A stretch of 64,000 nucleotides of DNA, taken from sequence record PP856017.1. One strand, written 5' to 3'. A program made the translations under genes and the position numbers. Shown piece after piece: positions 9,507-18,965 of this stretch; positions within the stretch are counted from its first letter, which is position 1; each line of letters starts with the position of its first letter. The notes beneath the pieces are model-generated. The model was not told where the DNA came from. It was given only the letters and a program-made list of their open reading frames with translations, and ran no database searches.

Positions 9507-9683
9507 TTAGACCCGTGCGGTGTTGTTCATCGACTTCTGTTCTCCGTGCCTGTTGCGACTCGTGAGACCATTGGGATGAACAGCCGTTTTGTCGGACTGT
9601 TTGACGTCCTGCATTTCTGCAGAACTGAGATCGGATTCGGATTTGAAGCCGTTTCCTTTTGTGGTGCCGTTACCTGGTGACAT
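9507..9683 (-). CDS. Small hypothetical protein
   Basis: MSPGNG... 58 aa with GAGGA SD. Confidence 0.45.
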   Translation of the reverse strand: MSPGNGTTKGNGFKSESDLSSAEMQDVKQSDKTAVHPNGLTSRNRHGEQKSMNNTARV

Positions 9684-9740
9684 TTTATTACCCGTCCTCT
9701 TACTGTGAAAAACCACAGGATCAGACGAAAAAAAATAGTA

Positions 9741-9762
9741 GTCCGCCCTCGAAAGAGCGGAC
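9741..9762 (-). terminator. Terminator
   Basis: GTCCG..CTC-GAAA-GAGCGGAC with T-tract on minus strand. Confidence 0.6.
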
Positions 9763-9769
9763 CCTCTAT

Positions 9770-9931
9770 TTATTTCTTTTTGCCCTTATTTTTGATCTCA
9801 CCAGTGGTGATCTTTTTATCTTCATCCATCAGCTTGCGAGCCTGATCTTCCGTCATGTGATGACGTTCAGCGATGTCTTTGTCGTGAGCAGCTGCTCTGA
9901 AAAGACGACGCTGTTTCTCGTTGTACGGCAT
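9770..9931 (-). CDS. 53-aa basic protein absent from ORF track (MPYNEKQRRLFRAAAHDKDIAERHHMTEDQARKLMDEDKKITTGEIKNKGKKK)
   Basis: manual translation; AGGAG SD; fills intergenic gap. Confidence 0.75.
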   Translation of the reverse strand: MPYNEKQRRLFRAAAHDKDIAERHHMTEDQARKLMDEDKKITTGEIKNKGKKK

Positions 9932-10026
9932 GATGTTTACTCCTGACTAGAATTTCATCAATTTCCATTAAGGAGATTTTCCTGCTTGCTGAACTATCCA
10001 TCGGCGAATCGACGGCATGTCTTTCT

Positions 10027-10254
10027 CTACTTCCTCCAGAGTAGCTTTGTGGATTTTTTCCGTATTAAAAGGTAAGCATCTTTTTGTTCTTGAGATACGA
10101 TGCTTAAAACTGCATCCGCCGTACCCTTATAGTTAAGAATACAGTTTAATGAGTAATCTTCCCACTTACGGCTGATGTGGTTATAAAAATACTTCCCGTC
10201 CTCAATGTTAGTAAATCTAACAATCAAGTAATAGAATCCTAACCCATTGATCAT
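10027..10254 (-). CDS. AT-rich small hypothetical protein
   Basis: 75 aa, GGAGG SD. Confidence 0.6.
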   Translation of the reverse strand: MINGLGFYYLIVRFTNIEDGKYFYNHISRKWEDYSLNCILNYKGTADAVLSIVSQEQKDAYLLIRKKSTKLLWRK

Positions 10255-10361
10255 TCAGCCTCCCTTAATTGTAAGGCATGATACCTCCTCAAGAAAAGAT
10301 GTGACCAGCGAACCCCCTTTACTGGTCACGAAAAACCCGGCCTGAGGTGCCGGGTAACCAA

Positions 10362-11402
10362 TTACTGCTGCTCGCCGTCCGGACCCGGATAGATGTCTTG
10401 CTTGACCGACGGGGCGTTACGCTGGCGAATGAAATTCTTCACACGCTGCTCGAATTTCAGACCCGCATTTTCTTGATGCGTTTCATACAGATAATCGACG
10501 AGCGCGGAAACAATCGCACTCATTTTCGCATCACGATCCGGATCATCCGCCGGGATATTCAGCATGTTCGGATTGATGTAGTGCTGAACTGCTGCACGGA
10601 TGAAGTAATGCGATTCATCCTCAACGCCCTTGTGCTGAATTTCCTGGAGCACGCCCATCACGCTGCCGCGTTCGGCCTGCATGTCTTCGTAGGCGATCCG
10701 CGGAACCAGATTCTTTTCGACCACCCGGACAGTTGCCCCCACGCACTGCTGCTGGAACAACGCTTCCCACGGTTCAGCTTTGACGGCTGTCTCGTATTCC
10801 TCATCGTTCCAGGTAACAGGAATACCCAGTACCCGAAGCTTGTCGCAGATGATGCCGCACAACGCCGACTTGCCTACGCCGGTACGACCTTGCACGACGA
10901 CGCGGATATCGCCGCCGTTCAGGTAATCGCGCGGAAAACCCGCATGTCCCAGAACTGCCAGAACCCATGCGACCGCGCCATCCCACATAACTTTCGCGTT
11001 CTTCGTGTCGTAATGACCGTACTGATTCGCGTAGTACGGGTGATACTGGTCGTAGCGCTGTACATCCTTGATGAAGTTTTGCTTGAGTGCGAACGATTCG
11101 AATGCTTTCGTGTCATCCACAATAACGTCCGGACCCATCTGAACCAGGCCGACCTGCCAACCATACGGCTCGACTTTCACACGGAATTCCTTGCACAATT
11201 CCCGCGCCTGACGGACAGCTTCGGCTTCCGTCGTGCAATCGCGAGAATGCATTGCCATGCCGTTTTCATGCCGGAGGTAGATACCGTAGCCATCGGTATC
11301 TGCGTCGGCACCATCGAACTGAACTTCGACAGAACCCTGCTCCAGTTCCTTGAACGGAGCGACTTGAATTGCGATGACTTTGCCCAAATCTTTGTTCGAC
11401 AT
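10362..11402 (-). CDS. Mosaic hypothetical protein with internal P-loop
   Basis: IRVVVQGRTGVGKS Walker A after a beta-strand; no clear Walker B domain. Confidence 0.7.
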   Translation of the reverse strand: MSNKDLGKVIAIQVAPFKELEQGSVEVQFDGADADTDGYGIYLRHENGMAMHSRDCTTEAEAVRQARELCKEFRVKVEPYGWQVGLVQMGPDVIVDDTKAFESFALKQNFIKDVQRYDQYHPYYANQYGHYDTKNAKVMWDGAVAWVLAVLGHAGFPRDYLNGGDIRVVVQGRTGVGKSALCGIICDKLRVLGIPVTWNDEEYETAVKAEPWEALFQQQCVGATVRVVEKNLVPRIAYEDMQAERGSVMGVLQEIQHKGVEDESHYFIRAAVQHYINPNMLNIPADDPDRDAKMSAIVSALVDYLYETHQENAGLKFEQRVKNFIRQRNAPSVKQDIYPGPDGEQQ

Positions 11403-11436
11403 TGCTAATACCTTTTAAAAAGAGAGGAACATAGAG

Positions 11437-11465
11437 CTACACAGATGCCAATGGCATCTGTGTAG
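11437..11465 (-). terminator. Intergenic hairpin
   Basis: 13-bp stem CTACACAGATGCC/GGCATCTGTGTAG. Confidence 0.7.
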
Positions 11466-11480
11466 TCTGGTGTTACGACC

Positions 11481-12770
11481 TTAGTCGTTGGTTTGCGTCT
11501 TCTTGCTACGGCTGGTCTTACGTTTCGGCATCTGCGAGACGCCTTCGTGACGAGCTACCGTCTTTTCGGGAGTCTTGCTGATGACCGTACGCTTTGCAGC
11601 CGCCTTCGGACCGGCCGGCTTCTTGACGACCGTCTTCGTTTTGGTGGCCGAACCACCGTCGGTCAGACAGTTCACCTTGTAGCCGAACTTCTCGGCAATC
11701 ACCACCGCCTGACGCTGGTTCAGTCGGGAAGACAGCGTCGGGTTCTTGATGCCGATCTCGCTGGCGGCGCGAAGAACGACAGCTTCCGTATCAGCCGGCA
11801 CTTCTGCATGCTGGCTCATCGCACGCGCCAGTAGTTCCAGACGCATCGTCTTCGGGATGTCGATGGTCGGTTGCGTCTTACCCTTGCTCAGACGTTTGAT
11901 GGCCTGACCGAGAGCTGAACTCGGATCGATGCCGCGTTTTTGCGCGACACCCGTCAGACTCATTCCCGACAGATCGAGAGAAGAGATCGTCGTGATACCA
12001 CCCGAACTTGCGGACGACGAACCCGACACACCCAGAGACGACAGAGACACGCTGGGACCCGACGCCATCGTTGAACTACCCGAAGTCTCGGCGTAGTCCT
12101 CGAAGCCCGTCTGAGCCGTTTTGAGGGCTTCTGCGAACGTTCCCTGCTGACCTTGCACCAGTCGGATCGTATCCTTGAAGATAACGATCACGACCATGCC
12201 GCGCGGACCGAGTTCCATGTACTGGATGCGGTCGACTTTTTCCGGCTCGAAGTTCGCCGCGCCTTCTTCGATGCGGATGATTTCTTCACTTTTCGTGTTG
12301 TAGCCGCACCACACGCTCTTGCGGGCGACCATGTGCAGGCCGTCGGTCTGCGATGCCTTAGGATCCGGATCGCGAGTCGTGATGTCATGCTCGACGACGA
12401 GACGTCGCTTCCAGTACGAAACCGGTTCTTCGATCGGCGTATTGCTGCCTTCTGCCGGTTCACGCTGGACCGAACGTACGGTCGGCGGGAAGACTTCCGA
12501 GACCATGCGACCATGGATGAGGTCGAACATCGTCTGGTAATGCGGCTCTTGAGCCGAGCGCGCTTGTCCGGTGAAGACGACGGGCTCGTTCGTGTTGAAC
12601 GAAATTGCGTACTGCAGAACCGGCAGATCGCCGTCGACGCGACTGATGGTCGTGGAAATTTTGAGACCCTGTTTCAGGCAGGCTGCGGACAGATGTTGTT
12701 GCATCGACAGGACAGTCGCGAATTGTGCATTGACTTCCGGGTTCGCTTGATTTTTTTCGAGGCTTTTCAA
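11481..12770 (-). CDS. Multidomain protein with Ser/Gly linker, IF2_N-like domain and Lys-rich tail
   Basis: TTG start with GGAG SD; strong codon bias; MRLELLARAM...IGIKNPTLSSRLNQRQAVVIAEKFGYKV. Confidence 0.7.
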   Translation of the reverse strand: MKSLEKNQANPEVNAQFATVLSMQQHLSAACLKQGLKISTTISRVDGDLPVLQYAISFNTNEPVVFTGQARSAQEPHYQTMFDLIHGRMVSEVFPPTVRSVQREPAEGSNTPIEEPVSYWKRRLVVEHDITTRDPDPKASQTDGLHMVARKSVWCGYNTKSEEIIRIEEGAANFEPEKVDRIQYMELGPRGMVVIVIFKDTIRLVQGQQGTFAEALKTAQTGFEDYAETSGSSTMASGPSVSLSSLGVSGSSSASSGGITTISSLDLSGMSLTGVAQKRGIDPSSALGQAIKRLSKGKTQPTIDIPKTMRLELLARAMSQHAEVPADTEAVVLRAASEIGIKNPTLSSRLNQRQAVVIAEKFGYKVNCLTDGGSATKTKTVVKKPAGPKAAAKRTVISKTPEKTVARHEGVSQMPKRKTSRSKKTQTND

Positions 12771-12772
12771 AA

Positions 12773-13123
12773 TTATCTCCGCTTGGAGTTATGTGATTGA
12801 TACGAGAGGTCATTCAGTTGAATAAACCTCTCGCGATATTCGGATTCCGAAAGGATCTCCGATTGACCATCTTCACAGAGAACGATATAATCGCCCTCTC
12901 TGCAGACTTGAATGTTGTCGCGCTCAAACTCGAACGTGATCTCGGTCATCCGAGTACGCACGTGTCGCGCACCGACTGCTTTTTGTAGAAAGACGAAAGG
13001 GAGCTCGTCGGGATAGCCCCTGTAACGAATTGCGTAATACTTCAACGTTTCCTTCTTAACGTGAGCGTACTTCAGCAACTCGTCTTCTTCTCTCCGCGTA
13101 AGTCTACTTTCGTTGTCCATCAT
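12773..13123 (-). CDS. Hypothetical protein with GDYIV-type phage motif
   Basis: REGDYIVLCEDGQSEILSESEYRERF; GGGAG SD before MMDN. Confidence 0.65.
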   Translation of the reverse strand: MMDNESRLTRREEDELLKYAHVKKETLKYYAIRYRGYPDELPFVFLQKAVGARHVRTRMTEITFEFERDNIQVCREGDYIVLCEDGQSEILSESEYRERFIQLNDLSYQSHNSKRR

Positions 13124-13365
13124 TCTCCCTTCAAAGTCGGGACGGTTTGGTATTTTGCCAGGTCCTTTACGTACACAAGGATCTGGTCGTTGAGGCCGTG
13201 CAGGTAATACATCAGAAAGACTGTACACACGAACACGATTGCGCCGAGAGCACTGACTCGCTTCCGGTAAAAGAGCTCATTGCAGAACATGATGAGGCTG
13301 GTTATCAATAACAACCCGAGGGCCAGGATGGCGAGTGTGGCTTGCATTTTCAGATTTCCTTCCAA
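13120..13365 (-). CDS. Small two-TM membrane protein
   Basis: two hydrophobic segments; first gene after early-promoter motif. Confidence 0.65.
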   Translation of the reverse strand: MEGNLKMQATLAILALGLLLITSLIMFCNELFYRKRVSALGAIVFVCTVFLMYYLHGLNDQILVYVKDLAKYQTVPTLKGE

Positions 13366-13430
13366 CGTTTATTATCGTTCACAACTATTAAAAGACCCGA
13401 TTGCATTTTACATTGATGCTTATCACGTAG

Positions 13431-13450
13431 GTAATATATCTCCAAGTTAA
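13431..13450 (-). promoter_or_regulatory. Putative early promoter
   Basis: exact ATATATTAC core on minus strand. Confidence 0.65.
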
Positions 13451-13493
13451 TCTATAAACAATAAACACACGAGGAGCCGAAGCCCCTCGCATG

Positions 13494-14504
13494 TCAGAAC
13501 AGATCTTCAGAGAACAACGGTACGACACAGACACGGAAGCCTTTCCCCGTCTCGTCATTTTGGCGGATGATTCCACCCATGCGTGCTTCAATGGGTTGAA
13601 ACATTTTATCGCCATTTGCTGCAATGCCGACGGACATCTCGGGCGTATCCACGATCATCCTGTTATCGATGGCCATGAGCATCGCCCGATACCGCGTGAC
13701 AAAGTTGCCGTGGTTCGTCAGAAAACCCTGTACGATCAAATCGTGACTCCGCCCTGCAATCGCATCCTGGAATTCCTTGGACTGCAGAATGTGATGATGG
13801 CGGTGCGGACGCTCGACGTACCAGACCACATCATCGAGGTAATTCGCAGCGGCGATCGGATACTCGTTTTCCTGATCGATCGTTTCCTCGACTGCACGAA
13901 CAATAGCTGTGCCGTAGTTCTTGAGTAGCTGAAAGTTCGTCGAACTGAAAATCGCATTGCGCATTTTACGCACCGTCTCGAAGTCATCTTCGTCCGGATT
14001 GCATTCGAAGACGACGACGTTCAAGGATGCATCGATGACTGAAGAAGCCCACGTCGATGGCGTCTTGATCATTTTTCGCGGACCCAGAATGCAGGCAATG
14101 ATCGGAATGTCGCCGTTCCAGAATACACTGATGGCAATCACATCCATTCCAAATAGTTCATTGGGTACGATGTCGGACCACGGAGTACCGTCGAGTAGCG
14201 TAAACGACATGCCACGCTTCTGGGGATTTTCCAGAAGGAACTGCTTGACGTAAATGATCGAACGACGACAGAGCAGTTCGGTCGTCTGCGGGTTCATATC
14301 CGTGATGGGCGACGAGAGCCCCGGCAGTCGATACACACGACGACCTGACGTGTAGAACCGATAAATCAGTTCGTTGATCTTCGGACCCAGACCGTTATTG
14401 CCATTCGCATTAGCCGCCCAATGCCCTGCAAACCCCGCCGGATAGCGGAAGTTAGTCTTCTTGACGATCCCGTTTAGCAGGACGGTTGATTTGTTGTTCG
14501 ACAT
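13494..14504 (-). CDS. Hypothetical protein; C-terminal conserved phage domain (RHH..QGFLT..G.F..R..A..PLFSEDL)
   Basis: 336-aa ORF; recognisable C-terminal motif series. Confidence 0.7.
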   Translation of the reverse strand: MSNNKSTVLLNGIVKKTNFRYPAGFAGHWAANANGNNGLGPKINELIYRFYTSGRRVYRLPGLSSPITDMNPQTTELLCRRSIIYVKQFLLENPQKRGMSFTLLDGTPWSDIVPNELFGMDVIAISVFWNGDIPIIACILGPRKMIKTPSTWASSVIDASLNVVVFECNPDEDDFETVRKMRNAIFSSTNFQLLKNYGTAIVRAVEETIDQENEYPIAAANYLDDVVWYVERPHRHHHILQSKEFQDAIAGRSHDLIVQGFLTNHGNFVTRYRAMLMAIDNRMIVDTPEMSVGIAANGDKMFQPIEARMGGIIRQNDETGKGFRVCVVPLFSEDLF

Positions 14505-14982
14505 GAGGAGTATGCTTCCTGTTGTGAACCTTGCACCATGCTTCGAACGCGATTTGTGCGGCGAACGCGTACTTGCCGGTGCCAGCTTCTTTTGTCAAAG
14601 AGCAGCGACCACTCATCGCAGCTTCGAATTCTTCGTGACTCTTGGGATCGTTCGGGTTGTACGGAATCAAACCCAGACGGTTCACCATGTCGTGGACGAA
14701 ATCCACGAATTCGGGTTCCGGCCAGCCACGCCCTTTTGCCACGTCGATGAGGATGTTCTGACTCCACTTCCATCCCATCAGATATGCCATGGCGAAGTAG
14801 TTTTCCGCCTGAGGGTTGTTGTCGTCTTCTTCGACCACGTGTCCGCCATTAAAGCGAACCGCGACTACGCAGAGGTTTGCGAACTCGTACATGAAGCGTT
14901 GCTTATCTTCATCCGACAAAGCCGGGTTATTCGAGTTCAGTTTTGCTTCTTTAAATTTCACTTTCGTCTCCCGACAAAGCAA
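14452..14982 (-). CDS. Hypothetical protein (likely GTG start at 14961)
   Basis: ORF downstream of hairpin 14989-15013; GGAG SD before 14961. Confidence 0.65.
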   Translation of the reverse strand: MLCRETKVKFKEAKLNSNNPALSDEDKQRFMYEFANLCVVAVRFNGGHVVEEDDNNPQAENYFAMAYLMGWKWSQNILIDVAKGRGWPEPEFVDFVHDMVNRLGLIPYNPNDPKSHEEFEAAMSGRCSLTKEAGTGKYAFAAQIAFEAWCKVHNRKHTPHVEQQINRPAKRDRQED

Positions 14983-15029
14983 AAAAAATGGTGAGGGATC
15001 TCCCCCCTCACCACAAACGCGCCTCGCTC

Positions 15030-16442
15030 TTAGGCGCGGAGGAATGCGTTCATTGCGTAGAACTTCAGAGACGAATCGAAGATCTGCGAAATGGTGCCGA
15101 TCTTCCAGCGGTCTTCTGCCGGAATCTTTGCGATGAATTCAGCATCGCTCGGATGAGCACCCGCAGCCGACAGGGAATCGGCGATGAAGCGGCTGTTGAA
15201 CTTTTCGCGATGCGGATGCAATGCGACCAGATCCATCGTTTCCGTCAACGACGAAATGATCGAACGGCTCCAGCATTCCAGCGGCGTCGGCAGATTGCTG
15301 TCGTCGCGCAGGTCATCCAGATCCTGGAAGCCCACGTCGAGAAGTTCTTCTTCGTTCGTCACGATCTCGAAGTTTTCCGGCACTTCGATGCCGATGAACA
15401 TTGCGAGGTGAACCTTCTCGACATCGCCGGAGGCGTAATCGAGGAAGAAGCAGGTGCGTTGATGCAGCCATTGTTCCGGCGACATCATGCCGTCTTGCGC
15501 GCCCTTGCAGATCAGATCGACGATGTCTTGCGTGGCGTACGTGCCGTTGTCGTAGACGCGCATTTCGACTTCTTCACGCCCTTCACGGAACACGTTGTTC
15601 AGGATGCCCGTCCAAAAGCCTTCACACAACATGCGGCCAGTGAACTGCGTAAGCATCGCGCGCGTACCGAACGTATCCGTGATTTCGTACTTCGACTGGA
15701 TTGACAGAAAGTCGATCGGGTTGATGTGGCCGCCAACGCCAATCGAACAACCCAGCGCCAGCCGTTCTTCACCCACGCCCTTGCCGCGCTGATACACGAA
15801 GATCTTGATTTTGCCGTTCACGCGCTTGTAGAACACGATGTACGGCAGCAGCTGGATGTAACGGGTGTCCTTCTCACACCAGCCGCGACGGATGAAGTTC
15901 AGCGCCAGGTAAATGCTTTCGTTCAGTTCGTTCGGACGGACTTCGCCTTCCGGAACGCTGAGCATCTTGTCGAGGAAGTCGCGGGCTGCGATGGCGAGCA
16001 CTTGTTCGACCGGCTTTTCCTGACCTTCGGCTGACGACACGTAATCGGAATACGACGGCAGCCGTCCGAAGTCATGTTCCTTGAAGAGGTCGTGCTCGAC
16101 GCCCGGTTGCTCGTCGACCATCAGTGGGATCTGATCGTACATGAGTAGCGTGCCGAATTTCGGAACAGCCGCGATGTCGTCGAGGATCTGTTCGCCGAAC
16201 TGATTGGCAAAGCCCAGACTCACCTGGCCGCCGATCGGTGTGATGACTGCGTTTTCGTCGTCGCGCATGGAAGCTGCGCGCTGAATTGCTTCGATGCTCA
16301 CGGGAAAGAGCGGAGCGTACGCCCGTGCCGACATCGGAGGCGTAGCCGATCCGTCGGTGAGGTCGTCTTGTTGATTCGTTGCGGGGGTAATCAGAACACG
16401 GGTAGCTTGTTCTGCGTCATTCAGTTGTTCTTGGAGAGACAT
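15030..16442 (-). CDS. NUDIX-family hydrolase with N- and C-terminal extensions
   Basis: QLLPY..YQR..GEERL..SIGVGGHIN, REGREEV Nudix-box-like, KVHL. Confidence 0.75.
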   Translation of the reverse strand: MSLQEQLNDAEQATRVLITPATNQQDDLTDGSATPPMSARAYAPLFPVSIEAIQRAASMRDDENAVITPIGGQVSLGFANQFGEQILDDIAAVPKFGTLLMYDQIPLMVDEQPGVEHDLFKEHDFGRLPSYSDYVSSAEGQEKPVEQVLAIAARDFLDKMLSVPEGEVRPNELNESIYLALNFIRRGWCEKDTRYIQLLPYIVFYKRVNGKIKIFVYQRGKGVGEERLALGCSIGVGGHINPIDFLSIQSKYEITDTFGTRAMLTQFTGRMLCEGFWTGILNNVFREGREEVEMRVYDNGTYATQDIVDLICKGAQDGMMSPEQWLHQRTCFFLDYASGDVEKVHLAMFIGIEVPENFEIVTNEEELLDVGFQDLDDLRDDSNLPTPLECWSRSIISSLTETMDLVALHPHREKFNSRFIADSLSAAGAHPSDAEFIAKIPAEDRWKIGTISQIFDSSLKFYAMNAFLRA

Positions 16443-16553
16443 GAAAAATCCTTGTAGAAAAAGTACTACCGGTTAGGTCAGAACATCCGGTTTCGTGATA
16501 AAAAATAAATTGAGTCGAGATGCCCAAAGGCATCCCGATCTCATTGTCAAAGG

Positions 16554-17138
16554 TTACGTCTTGGGGAATTCCACGCGTTCCCCACGCTGCTTCTTCGCCA
16601 GATACATCCGGAAGTCGGTGATCTGTCGGGAAATACGATCACGAAGCTGTTGCGTCTGGCCATAATTCACTGCAATGGCCGTAATCGCATTCACCAGCTT
16701 GGCAAAATCATTGTCGAAACGTCTGTCTGCAAATGACGCACGCATCTTCACAACACCATCATCTTCGCTGACCTGATTGTCAACGCCGTAACGCATTTGC
16801 ATTGCTTTCCCGCTCGTAGCGGCAGCCATGTCATATCCGTCACGCCACTGCTTTTGCGTCAGGTCATACAAGTCGACAGCACTGATCAACACGACGATGT
16901 CGGGATCCATGGGTCGCTTGTTGATGATTTCCTTGGTATGGTCGCTAAAGACCATGTGCTTGTTATCCATGTAGGATCGCAGCACTTCGTTATCAGTCAC
17001 CAGCTGCTGGTAGTATTTTTCATTACCAGCCGCGTCTGCCCTGATCTGTGCAATCACTCGTTTATGTTGTTTGTGGACGATAATGCCCAGTATTACAAAA
17101 ACGAGGATGATTCCTCCAAGCATCAGTCCATATGGCAT
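16554..17138 (-). CDS. N-terminally membrane-anchored protein
   Basis: GLMLGGIILVFVILGIIV followed by HKQHKR. Confidence 0.7.
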   Translation of the reverse strand: MPYGLMLGGIILVFVILGIIVHKQHKRVIAQIRADAAGNEKYYQQLVTDNEVLRSYMDNKHMVFSDHTKEIINKRPMDPDIVVLISAVDLYDLTQKQWRDGYDMAAATSGKAMQMRYGVDNQVSEDDGVVKMRASFADRRFDNDFAKLVNAITAIAVNYGQTQQLRDRISRQITDFRMYLAKKQRGERVEFPKT

Positions 17139-17171
17139 TTTCTAATCTCCATTCAAAGAAAAACATACCCA

Positions 17172-17197
17172 CAGGATGAGGCACGTGCCTCATCCTG
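17172..17197 (-). terminator. Intergenic hairpin
   Basis: 11-bp stem CAGGATGAGGC/GCCTCATCCTG followed by TATGTTTT. Confidence 0.75.
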
Positions 17198-17210
17198 AGA
17201 GAAGTCTTGT

Positions 17211-17633
17211 TTACTTCTTCTTCGCGACCTTTTCCAACTTGGTCACGCCCGTCACAACGCCGGAGCGGATTTCGTCGGATTGCATCTTGATGAGGATGCG
17301 ATTGCTGCCAGTGACAGGCGGCAAAATGATGACCTTCTTCCAGCCATCTGTTTCCAGGAGTTCGCGAATGATGTTCGCCACCAGCCGGTCATCCTTGTCG
17401 TCCACCCGATCAAATACATCGATCTCGTGTTCCTTTCCGACGTACCAGCTGAGCTCGCCGATAGTCGGATCGTAGGAATAGTTACCGAGCTTCATCGCTT
17501 TGGCGAAGAGACCGATGAACACATCCTTGACTTCCTGTTCCGTCTTGAAAATCCGGAACGGCTTACCGGTGAATTCGGTAAGTTCCTTCTTTAATTGGTT
17601 TTTAGCTGCATCGAGCGAGTTCATGTCGAACAT
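17211..17633 (-). CDS. Hypothetical protein
   Basis: 140 aa, GAGG SD. Confidence 0.7.
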   Translation of the reverse strand: MFDMNSLDAAKNQLKKELTEFTGKPFRIFKTEQEVKDVFIGLFAKAMKLGNYSYDPTIGELSWYVGKEHEIDVFDRVDDKDDRLVANIIRELLETDGWKKVIILPPVTGSNRILIKMQSDEIRSGVVTGVTKLEKVAKKK

Positions 17634-17644
17634 CCTTTTTCCTC

Positions 17645-18106
17645 TTACTTCTTGATGTGAATGTGTTTGTAAGGATGATACGGCCGCGGCGTCCCGCCAT
17701 TTTCTTCCAGGATCCGCCGCGCAACATCGAGATAGATCTGACGATCCGATTCGGACAGATCATCCACCGTATGACCAACGATGGTTCCCTTATCATGATC
17801 GAACTGCACCAGTTGGTCGGCATATGCTTTCACTGCCTCGTCCAGCGGGTAGAAAACCTTTTCCGGCTCGACACAGATGCGTTCGAAGTCCGGATAATTC
17901 GGCACATAGTTCTTACCGATCTTGCACAGCAGGTCATACGCAGCAGCACGATACATGTCTTTGTCTTGCTGCGTAAGGTTCTCGAAATCCTTGATTCCGA
18001 TGAGGTGCAGATTGAAGTCGCGACGAACGTTCTGTTCGGCGGCTTTCTGAATAGCTTCGTCGAGCGGATAAAACACTTCTTCGATGAGCATGATTTGCCC
18101 TGGCAT
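17645..18106 (-). CDS. Protein with tandem ~60-aa internal duplication
   Basis: two VFYPLDEA...L..D..Y..A..L units; GAGGAG SD. Confidence 0.75.
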   Translation of the reverse strand: MPGQIMLIEEVFYPLDEAIQKAAEQNVRRDFNLHLIGIKDFENLTQQDKDMYRAAAYDLLCKIGKNYVPNYPDFERICVEPEKVFYPLDEAVKAYADQLVQFDHDKGTIVGHTVDDLSESDRQIYLDVARRILEENGGTPRPYHPYKHIHIKK

Positions 18107-18196
18107 TAGTTCTCTCCTCAATTTTAAAAGGTGTGGCGGTACAAAATAAAAAGCCCCGCTATGAAAAATAACGGGGCCCATCTCAGCCTTTCCTAA

Positions 18197-18565
18197 TTAC
18201 TGGAAGGCGTGTTGTTGGAATCTACGATCAGGAGGAGTCGGCAAATTATGCATTGCCACTTCCCAACGCCTGCTGCGAACATCCGGTAAGAACAACGAGC
18301 GTTTTTCGTAATACTGATTTTTCCAGTGATCCAGTTTGGCTATATCCTCCCAGCCATACTCGATCTTCGGAGCAGAAAATGTTTGCGGTCTATCCGGATC
18401 ACTGCCATTGGTGAGATCCACTTCGCTGACAAACGCGTAGGGTGCACCACAACAAGGACAGAACAAGGATTGACGCCCTAGTCCTTCGAAGTCATTATCG
18501 CTGGCTCTTACCGTCCAATAATGTCCGTTATCGCAGAGGTACTCTGTGTAACCTTCGTAAGACAT
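18197..18565 (-). CDS. Putative Zn-binding protein
   Basis: LCDNGH...CPCCG motifs; GAGGAG SD. Confidence 0.7.
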   Translation of the reverse strand: MSYEGYTEYLCDNGHYWTVRASDNDFEGLGRQSLFCPCCGAPYAFVSEVDLTNGSDPDRPQTFSAPKIEYGWEDIAKLDHWKNQYYEKRSLFLPDVRSRRWEVAMHNLPTPPDRRFQQHAFQ

Positions 18566-18608
18566 TTCTAAGCTCCTCTATCTGGATAGTGAACTACCCA
18601 GACTCTCG

Positions 18609-18965
18609 TTAAATGAAATTATTACAAGGCGAATACTCCATGGATCCTGCCGTAAAACGGTCAGGATAAACTTCAGTGTTACTCGAACCACGAAACCCCG
18701 AATAAGTTCGAGACTTTAACGCGAAGACTTCTTCCCTGGTCAGGGGATTACCATGCGCATCCATCTCTGCATGGATCTGGAAACGACGGAATGCCTCGTC
18801 AGCTTCTTTCTTGACTTCTTCTGCCGCAATGAGTCCGCGGCTTTCAGCTGTCAGTTTGTAAAGATATCCGCCAGGCTGTGCTGATTGCCAGCGTTCGCTT
18901 TCTTGGGCAAACCGAAGCCGGAAACGATCGATTGCTTCCTGGCGTTTTTGTTCCTTAGTCTTCAT
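18609..18965 (-). CDS. Hypothetical protein
   Basis: ORF in operon. Confidence 0.6.
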   Translation of the reverse strand: MKTKEQKRQEAIDRFRLRFAQESERWQSAQPGGYLYKLTAESRGLIAAEEVKKEADEAFRRFQIHAEMDAHGNPLTREEVFALKSRTYSGFRGSSNTEVYPDRFTAGSMEYSPCNNFI

